A stretch of 64,000 nucleotides of DNA. Source: the human T2T-CHM13v2.0 reference genome, Homo sapiens. A model generated the notes under the pieces. The model searched no databases. It saw only the letters and a list, made by a program, of their open reading frames with translations, and had not been told where the DNA came from. Shown here piece after piece: positions 54,337 to 64,000 of this stretch. Numbering within the stretch: the first letter of the stretch is position 1; the number at the start of each line of letters is the position of its first letter. The translations under genes and the position numbers were made by a program. The stretch lies in NCBI RefSeq assembly GCF_009914755.1, contig NC_060927.1; one strand, 5' to 3'.

Positions 54337-54400
54337 ATTTCAAACTAAAGAGTTATAACATTTCAAACTAAAGAGCTGTAACACTAAAGAGCTGTAACAT
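54337..54400. repeat. 23-bp tandem duplication plus partial third copy
   Basis: atttcaaactaaagag(t/c)t(a/g)taac at 54337 and 54360; actaaagagctgtaac at 54383. Confidence 0.9.
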
Positions 54401-55627
54401 TGTAAACAATGAAACTATCTTGAAACCTAGAAGTAAAAACTGCTTTACTGATTAAAGAAAAGCCTTTAGAATTTAGATTTTTAAACATGGATATATGAGG
54501 GACTTCATTTTTAACGAATTTAATACTAAATCTACATCAAATGCAGAAACTTAAATGTAACTTAATGTTTCACATGAGATATTAAGAGAAAATGCATGGA
54601 TCATTCTATTCTTAAGATTATATTAGAAAAACATTTATAAATTTATTAAAATAGGTTTTTTATAATTACAAGAAAATTGTTTCCTTTTGTGAGACATTTT
54701 TTAAAAATAGATGCTGATTTGGCCAAAGATACTGAAAATATTTTAAATAATTGACTTCTTTAAAAATTATTTTATAATTTTATTTTATTCAGTTCTTAGT
54801 CTGAAAATGTCAGGAAGGTATTTATTAAATATTAATTGTATTCATGGAGTTTATCAGTGCACACTGAAATTTATGAGCTGGAAATATACTTAAAAATTTA
54901 AGTATTAATTCCCATAAGATTTGATTATGGCATTAATAAGTTATAATATTTAAAGAATATATTCCAGGGAAAGTATCTTTATAGTAAGAATGAATGAGAT
55001 TTCTGACATAATCAAATGCCATTTTGTAAGAAATTTTTCATTGTCTTTCTTTGGCTCCCTTTGGTTTGGTATCATTCATAAAATGTGCTATTTACTTTGT
55101 TACCAGATTCAAGTGTAATCTAATGATAAATATTTTAGGTAAAATTTTAATAACTTATGTTGTTGCTTTATTTGTTTATATTGTTATAATAAAAGTAGAT
55201 GGATGGGAAATAGGTATTTTTTTCTAGGTTTACATTTGTAGCCTAATGCTTTTATGCCTTGATAAATTGTTTTTAGCATGAAAAGAGCTATTTCTTGAAA
55301 TCATCTATTGGTGATAATGCTATTTATTTTATTTTATGAAAATTATTTTTAAAGGTCATAGATATTACTTTAAGAAAATGAATGTTAGTGCTATCATATA
55401 TCAACTTTAGTCATAATGATTATTGCTCATAAAATATTTAATTAGACCAACATCAACAACATATTCAATCATAATATATTATCAGACTAGGTTAATAGCT
55501 CCTATTTTGGAGGTGATTAACATGACAAAATGAATGGTTTGAGGATAGATTCAAATAGGGAACCCAACTCTAAGTGTGTTGTAGCAATATCAATGGGGCA
55601 AGGTATCACGTTATTTCCTCTAAGACT

Positions 55628-55760
55628 AAGCAATTTCAAAATCCTGTTTATTTTCTCAGTTTGCTAAGACACCTAAAGATAAGCAAGGATTTGAAGCTAT
55701 TTCAAAATCCTGTTTATTTTTCTCAATTTGCTAAGACACCTAAAGATGAGCAAGGATTTG
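55628..55760. repeat. 66/67-bp tandem duplication
   Basis: aagc(a/t)atttcaaaatcctgtttattttctca(g/a)tttgctaagacacctaaagat(a/g)agcaaggatttg occurs twice; 3 substitutions and 1 indel. Confidence 0.95.
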
Positions 55761-55810
55761 CTTGGATGATAGATGCACCTATTATTTTGTAATTTTTTGT
55801 CATCTTAACT

Positions 55811-55960
55811 TTTTCTTTAACTTTTTAAATTTTTAATTGTTATGGAGACGTAATAGTTGTACATATCTTTGGGGTAGATGTAATATTTTGATACAGGCAT
55901 ACAATGCATGATGATCAAATCAGGGTAATTGGCAGATTCATTACCTCAAGCATTTATCAC
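55811..55960 (-). mobile_element. L1MA-type extreme 3' end
   Basis: taatagttgtacatatctttggggta..attttgatacaggcatacaatg..atcaaatcagggtaattgg..cctcaagcatttatc. Confidence 0.82.
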
Positions 55961-58900
55961 TAATGTTATCAGAACATTTATTAAGAAATATTTGGGGGTT
56001 TCAAAATAGATGACATAGCATGACTTTTGAGCATATAGAAAAGAAAACTAAGTGTTGGAATTGACCCTTTTATCATTTGAGATTGAGTTCCTGGGTGTTC
56101 ATGTGTTTAATTATAAATGTAATAGACTTAACCTACTCCCGAGATTGACAGAAAAGCAACAATAAAATTTTATTAAGCACCATAAACCTAAGAGTATGAC
56201 CTCTGTGCAACATGAACAAAAGTCTAGTGCTTGAAAAATAAGAGAATATTGAAAAGCATTTTAGCCTAGATTATGATAGGACATTCATTGTAGAGAAAAT
56301 ATATGATAAGAGATTAATTTCAGAGCATGTTCTGGCTTTATAAGAAGAAATAGTCTGGGAGAAAGGAATTGCATACAAGGTACGTGTTTTTAAACGAAAA
56401 CTTGAAATTGAGTAGTCAGGATAATTTAGATTTCTAAATAACTTTTCATTCAGTACTTCAGAATTATAAATCTAAATGTCCCTGGCTTGTGAGATAGATT
56501 CTTAGGATAATATCAACCATTTAAATGCTGTTTATTGTTTAAGAATGGAAAAAAAAATCATAGTCAGTTTAAATGTTCAGTTGTTCAAAAAAACATAATA
56601 GGTAAAATGATTTAGGTTAATTACATCACTAAACTTAGTAGATACATTTATTCTTTGGTAGAAATAAGTTATCATAAAATCTTTATTTGTATATTTATTC
56701 ATTCATATGTATATGTATATTTCAATTTATATGTATTTCAAATGTGGAATCAATCAAAGAATAGCCTCATCTCTTTCAGGTAGGTCATTTACTTCATGAA
56801 AATTGTGCACTTCTGGAAAATTTTATTCTGTTAAGGAAAAGGTAGAGGACGCATTTTATGCAGAGCTAACATATAATAAATTTTCTGAACAATGTTCACA
56901 ATTCAGTCTTCTTTTCTATGGCTCTCTTTTGAGAGTCGTGTGAAGGGTGATCCAGCTGATATTAATAGAGTAGTTGCATGCCCCACATGATTCCTTTAGT
57001 CAAAACATCTTATTTCTTATAAGATTAAGGAAATCAGAGGTTTGATTCTGTTGTTTTTTTTTTTATATATATAAGATTTGGGAATCAGAAGAGCCTATAT
57101 ATAACTTTTTAAGTGTTCTCATGAAATACTATGAACTTTTCTGGTATAAAACTTTTCTACTTAGACTCTATGAGTATCTAGATAAAAACACATTATGGAA
57201 AATCAATTCAATATCACTTATTTTATATTTTAATAGTAAGTTTAATGCATTTAGTTTTACTGTTACTGTTGTGTATTTTTTTAATGTAGAGGAAAACATG
57301 TTTTTGAAGGGGTGAAAAAAAACAGTATTACCATATAAACTTACTTTGTAAATAAGCTTGACTTTATTCTGACAATTATGGCCTCCATTATTTAAAAAGA
57401 GCATCATGAAATCTACATTTTGCCTTTATAGGAAAATGTTTTTTTACTGCTTCAAGTCTACTGACCATATATTATCACATATCTTTGTATTTTAGAAATT
57501 TAATCAAATATTCTAATTTTCAAATGTTGACCAAATTTTTGAAAAGATTAAAATTCAATAGGGATTCTTGCTTTTGGCTTTTTAATCCTCTGAAGATGTA
57601 ATTAATTTGTTGTTTTACCTCATCAATGTCTGGGTTTTAACACTATCTTGCCATCATTGATACACTGGTATTTTTTAAAGAAATTATGACGTTAGAGCTT
57701 AAATTAGATAATACAAGATCTCAGGTCTGACAATTCAAATACATATTTTTCATTTTAAGAAATTGTGTAAATTGATATTCAATATTATTCCAGATTTCAT
57801 GTAGTTAGTTTATTCTTTCTGTTTTGGTTGTGGAATTTATAATTACAACTCTTGTTCAAAAGGCCTAAAATTACAACACATCAATGATATTTGTTGCTTT
57901 TTTCAAAACAGGACCATAATGTTTACTCAAAAATTATATTTTAAATGGATAAAAATAACTCATGTATTGTTGTATTGACTTCAATAAAATAAGTAAAATT
58001 AAAATTACTTTAGTTCTGAGGTCACATAAAAGAAAGCATCTATTCAGAAAGAAGAATAGATGTGCACCACAAATTCCAAATGAGAATGTAATTAAAGAGA
58101 CATTTGAAAAGAAAGTAAATTGTATTAAATGGAAAGTTTTCATTTTATATTTTCTTTTTTTATAGAACATATTATTTCTACTGTATTTCAATAGCAATAT
58201 TTACATTTGATTTTAATTAGTTGTTAAATATTCCTGAATGTTTTGGTTAATGAGTAATATTTTCTAGCATTCTAAGTATCGTTCAATGAAAAACAGTAGG
58301 TATCGTATATCTTTTTACCCTGATGTATTTTATTCTTATAAAATTTCTAGAACTCTCATCAGGAAAGTAAGAAAATGTGATGTAAGTTATACTGCTTATC
58401 ACTTAGGTATGTGCCCAACTGATTATAGGGTCATTTCCAAAGAACTATCATTCATATATTAATCTTGTCAAGTGGTACTTCTTTATTACTAAAAGCACTA
58501 ATTACTTGTCTGAAAGTAATAATACTTTGCATTTGTGAAGTACTTTATGCTCTTCAACGTAATTTTGCATGCATTATCTCATTTGGTCTTGAAAGAGGCA
58601 GAGTGCTCATTAAGTGGTCCAGATGGAGTGGGGGTACCAGAGTGTTCAGCCATAACTAATGTCCACTCAAACCAAGGTGAATACATAACTGTAAGAGTGC
58701 TGTCTATAATAAAGGAGAAAAAATTAACATTTCTAGCTTTATTCGAATAAAAATTTGGGGAGTAAATCCACTGTCGTCTTTATGGACTTTTCATGATCCT
58801 CTTTTCCCAGGTTAGTTACTGTCAGGACAAAATTCAGATAATTTATTCTACTATGTAAGATCCAATATTCTTCTTTGTTGTTATTATATAAATATTTAAT

Positions 58901-60237
58901 GTGCAAATATTTATATAAAATCATTATTAAATGTATGATTTAAATCTCAACCCCTATTGTGTAGCCCAACCCCCAAAGATTTATAGAAAAACTGCTGTAA
59001 CAACTGAATATTTTCAAAGATTAGAAGTGAAATTTTAGAATATTTTCTACACTTGAGATAGGAATCTCAGCCTTTTATGTTGATAAGAAAAAACTCGCCT
59101 ACCCTAAATTTGGATTTTATTTTACATATGTATAAAAGTCATTTTATCTGTGAAAATACTGGGTACATGGCTAATCATGCTGACCACTTTTTCAGTCTCT
59201 AGTTTATCATAACAAATAGTATGGCAAAAAAACTCAATAACACGCAAGGGCTGTGTACTTGACTGAAGGATAATGTCTCTCTTGGGCCCTTTTGAATAAA
59301 ACCTCAGCCAAAAACCTTGCACAGTAAAAGGTTTTAAAATAAGCATTGATTGAACATCCGCAGACTCAACTTGTTTAAACCAAATATGCAAATCTTTCTA
59401 TTTATATGTATTTGAGAACTTCAGGTTAAATAACATTAGATAATACCGTAAAGTTTTATTTCAGTTTTCCTTTATTGACCTTGCAAAATAGAAAAGTAAT
59501 GTGAAAAACAGTTTCTGCAGAAATACCTTTAGTTATGTTTATAACAATTTAGCTGTTATTTCTCATTAGTCATTATTTCTCATTTTCCAAGCTGTGATTT
59601 AGAGCAATAGCGTAAGTATAAATCTTCAGATACAATTCAATTCCTCTCCACTGAAGGCTGCTATCCGAAAGTAACTCCTTTATAGGACTCCAGGGATGTC
59701 AAGAGGTTTCTGAGGTCATTGATTCCATTATATTTTTCTGTTGAATAAGTCCTTCACTCCTACCCTCACCACCATCCTACTACCAAGGTATTAATTTGCT
59801 ATAATCTGTAGAAGAAATATTACTGGGCTTTGATCATTCTTTACAAATCTACCAAGAGTTAGAATTTTGGAAATAGTGGAAAATAATAAATTGTTTGATT
59901 TTTTTCCACAAAGAAAAGATACTGGCTATTTCCCTATTATTTTATCTATTTTACAAAAGACTAAAATGACACCTGCAATACAGTATTACTCTCAAGTCAC
60001 GTAATAGTCATTTCAACATGATTATTCCCAATCAGGAGTCTAGCCAGGAAAACCAGACAATCCTGTACATAAGCAGGGGAATCCAGGCAACAAAAACAGA
60101 ATTGCCATGTGAACCATCAAAGGAAAAAAGACCCCAGTATGATTTTCATAAGTCTGGATGAGTGCTCTGTGGATTCAAGAACATGCAATAAATCTGTAAC
60201 AGTTGGAGAGACTAAATTGTCAACTAAAGGAGAATTT

Positions 60238-60546
<309 letters not shown>

Positions 60547-60743
60547 TCACCTGAGGTTTTCCTCCCAGTCCACCACCCTTACATACGTGTGCACCTCCAC
60601 AGGTGGTCTCCTGTGGAATTGACCATTTGATCAACACTTAAGGAAATGACTCCTTGCTGTCAGTCACTTCTTACTTACTCTTTCTTATTTCTACCTTCCC
60701 TTCTCAAATTTGATGGTATAGAAAGATTACTCTTTATAAATGC

Positions 60744-60992
60744 ATTAGCTATATTAACCTAAGTTACTTCCACATGCCAAGTAGTGTGCTGCTTGCTTTG
60801 ACTGCATTTATATTTGGCCTCCCAGGAGTCACACAAGACAGGTGTTAATAACTTATGTAGGAATAATAGTGGCTCATAGGCTCATAGTAGTTAATCAAAT
60901 ACCAAAATTCACCTAGCTAGTCAGTGGTAACTAAAGAACTAAAAACTATATTTGTCTGATTCCAAAGTCTGCACTTCACTTCCCCCACTACA
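60744..60992 (-). mobile_element. MIR relic
   Basis: acatgccaagtagtgtgct..cacctagctagtcagtgg..tgtctgattccaaagtctg. Confidence 0.55.
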
Positions 60993-61091
60993 TTTGCAGT
61001 ATACAACTTAGAAGCTCAAAGACTGATAATGTAAATAATTTGGTTAGTTTGTGTGTACTTGTATTTTAAACAGTTACTTTTAAAATTATTC

Positions 61092-61451
61092 TACTATGCA
61101 GCCATAAAAAAGGATGAGTTCATGTCCTTTGTAGGTACATAGATGAAGCTGGAAACCATCATTCTCAGCAAACTATCGCAAGAACAAAAAACCAAACACC
61201 GCATGTTCTCACTCATAGGTGGGAATTGAACAATGAGAACACTTGGACACAGGAAGGGGAACATCACACACCAGGGCCTGTTGTGGGGTGGGGGAAGGGG
61301 GTAGGGAAAGCATTAGGAGATATACCTAATGTAAATGAGGAGTTAATGGGTGCAGCACACCAACATGGCACATGTACACATATGTAACTAACCTGCACGT
61401 CATGCACATGTACCCTAGAACTTAAAGTATAATAAATAAATAAATAAATAA
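61092..61451 (+). mobile_element. 5'-truncated young L1PA (PA4/5-like) 3' end
   Basis: tactatgcagccataaaaaaggatgagttc ... gtaccctagaacttaaagtataat followed by (AAAT)n; TSD taaaat(t/a)attc at 61081 and 61452. Confidence 0.93.
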
Positions 61452-63229
61452 TAAAATAATTCATTTATTGTCATTGGTACTGAGGTATATTGAATAAAAT
61501 TATTAATACCAAATGGCACAAGTTAAAATGAGGGTTATTTAGCATTTCTTATTTGATATGAAAAAAGATTCCAGGATAATTGTAAAATATAAATTTGTCT
61601 CATTCTAGGAATAGTCTCTTTAATAATTCAGAGTCTGTAAGGAGTTAACCAGATTTCTAGTACATAGATTTCAAAAACACAGTTATAGTGAAACAGGCTA
61701 GGCAACTGATCATTTAGAATAAACTGTGAAGAACATACAAGTGTTCAATTCTTTATTATCAGTGGGTAAAAATCTCAGGAAAAATAACTTTCTGCCAAAT
61801 TACTTCCACTTTAAATTGCCTTAGAGTTCTTGAATTTGTTTGCTGTGTATATTTTGTTGGTGTTTGTGTGAGAGATTTCTTATTGTTACAGATTTTCTTT
61901 GGAGTTTTATGGATATAGTACTTTATACCTGTAATGATTTTTACTTATATAATTTAACTTACATTTTAATCTCTATATGATATATTGTTGTTTAATCAGA
62001 TCTGACTTTTTATTACCTAAGACAATGAAATTAAATGGTTAAGATATAAAAAAAATTAGGAGCTTATTGTTACAATTGGCATTTGACATCATACTAAATA
62101 TAATAAAATAAATGTCATGTCTAAAAACACAGCTAACTTAAATCATACTCTGAAAAGGGCATAGTGTAGAACATTAAACTGTATTAAGTTCACTGTAATT
62201 CACATTAACACAAAATACTGAAATACAGTAAGTGTGGTGTTATGTTAACTTTTCCTAGATCTCACTGGAGTAAAACAAAATATTTACTCTAACATTAGTG
62301 ATGAGGAATTTAGTTGCTCAAAGTATGAGAAAAGATACATGAAAGATAATCTTTTTTCTATTTTCCGATAAAGCAGCATAACTGTTGTTTTAAGGAGTTT
62401 TAACTAAGAGAAGCACACTATAATTTACAGAGGACTTTAGGACTCTTAGAGTTTGTTCTTACATTCAACAAATATTTGGAATTATAAGATATTGCAAAAG
62501 GATTTGTCTTTTCATAAAGGCATTTAAATATCCAAAATGATATACTTCAGGTAAAGATATATTTCTATAAATGATTATAAATTAGGTGAGTAATCCTGAT
62601 TGTATAATATAATTCCCTAATTATTTAGGAGCTGCGAATTGACTTGGAATAGTATGAATTATGTTTGTTTTCGTTTTTCACTTTGCTTTTGACAAAGTCA
62701 CGTTTCTAGAATGTTTGCTGATGCTGATTTAGCCACTTTATGCTCTTCCTGTGTCATGATAGGTAACTGAAAATGAATGGAAATGTATTCCTAATTAATT
62801 TAAATTCAACAAATACTTGCCAGGCATGTATTATAAAACTATACTGGGTACAACAGAGATGCTAGTTCAGTGTCTTATGTAAAACAGATATAAGATTGTT
62901 GAATATATATGAATAATTTATCATTGGTTTTATTCATTAGAATTATTAAATTCAACCAAAAATGCATATCCATATAATGTTACAAAAATTCATCATCTTC
63001 TTTCAGCATTTGAAAAATCCTCACTCAGATAGATTGTGCATCATATTTTCACCTATGACTTGTTTATGAACTACATTATTTTTCTCAGCAAAAAAACCTG
63101 AAGTATCATTTAAAATGATATTTAAAATATTTGGTATTAATTATAACTTTATGTTTGAATCAAATAAAAATAATATGGCATTGCATGCAGCACGATTGCT
63201 TTTTGAATTTTCTCTGATATACCTTATGA

Positions 63230-63563
<334 letters not shown>

Positions 63564-64000
63564 TACATACATATTTATTAATTTAACAAATAGGTATTTA
63601 TTACGTGAATGTTCATTAATTGCCTTCTATGAGCATGTCACTGTGATAGGTTGTGGTTTGTATACTCACAAACATATAAGTAAGGGTGATAGATAGGTGA
63701 AAAAATATTTAAATCGAAAGTAGGTTAATGATATAATAGAAGGAATAGCCTGAGTAAGACTACTTACAGTCTATAACCAAATGTTTCATAAAAACTTGCT
63801 TCATTTGACTCAATAAATACATCAGATGCCATTCTGGTGTACTCAGTAAATCAGCTTTCTCATCCATGATGTTCATTATTTCACAGTGAAGGCCAAATCT
63901 GATCTGGATAAATGAACAATGAAATTTAAGCAATCTGATTTTTGAGCAGAAGATACAGTAGAATTAATAAAATATACAAAAAATGTTATCATCTGTAGGA

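Noticed and set aside
60596-60617. CTCF-like motif or 8-bp inverted repeat tccacagg..cctgtgga
   Set aside because: Several mismatches to the CTCF core, and the stem is too short to be significant.
62581-62591. attag|gtgagt as a second recursive site
   Set aside because: AG|GTGAGT is present, but the upstream sequence (aaatgattataaatt) has no polypyrimidine tract.

Overview
AT-rich primate (very probably human) genomic DNA. I found no recognisable protein-coding exon, rRNA, tRNA or CRISPR array. Much of the window is interspersed repeat: nine Alus, a 7SL/FLAM-type fragment, a full-length L1PA7/8-like element with target-site duplications (TSDs) inserted in an ERV1-type LTR, a 3'-truncated older L1M, several L1 3' ends, a near-complete Tigger1, MER20, MLT1 LTRs, and MIR/L2/L3 relics. 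There are also microsatellites and small tandem duplications. The long L1s and the LTRs all lie on the minus strand, which fits a very long intron of a + strand gene. The most notable non-repeat signal is at 53905-54023: a branch point (ACTAAC), a long polypyrimidine tract, then TAG|GTGAGT, so a 3' splice site directly abuts a 5' splice site. A second 5' splice site (TGG|GTAAGT) follows 73 nt later, and the intervening segment has stop codons in all three frames within its first 12 nt. This is the architecture of a vertebrate recursive splice site with an RS-exon. The host gene cannot be named from sequence alone, and repeat subfamily calls are from recalled consensus sequences rather than a RepeatMasker run.
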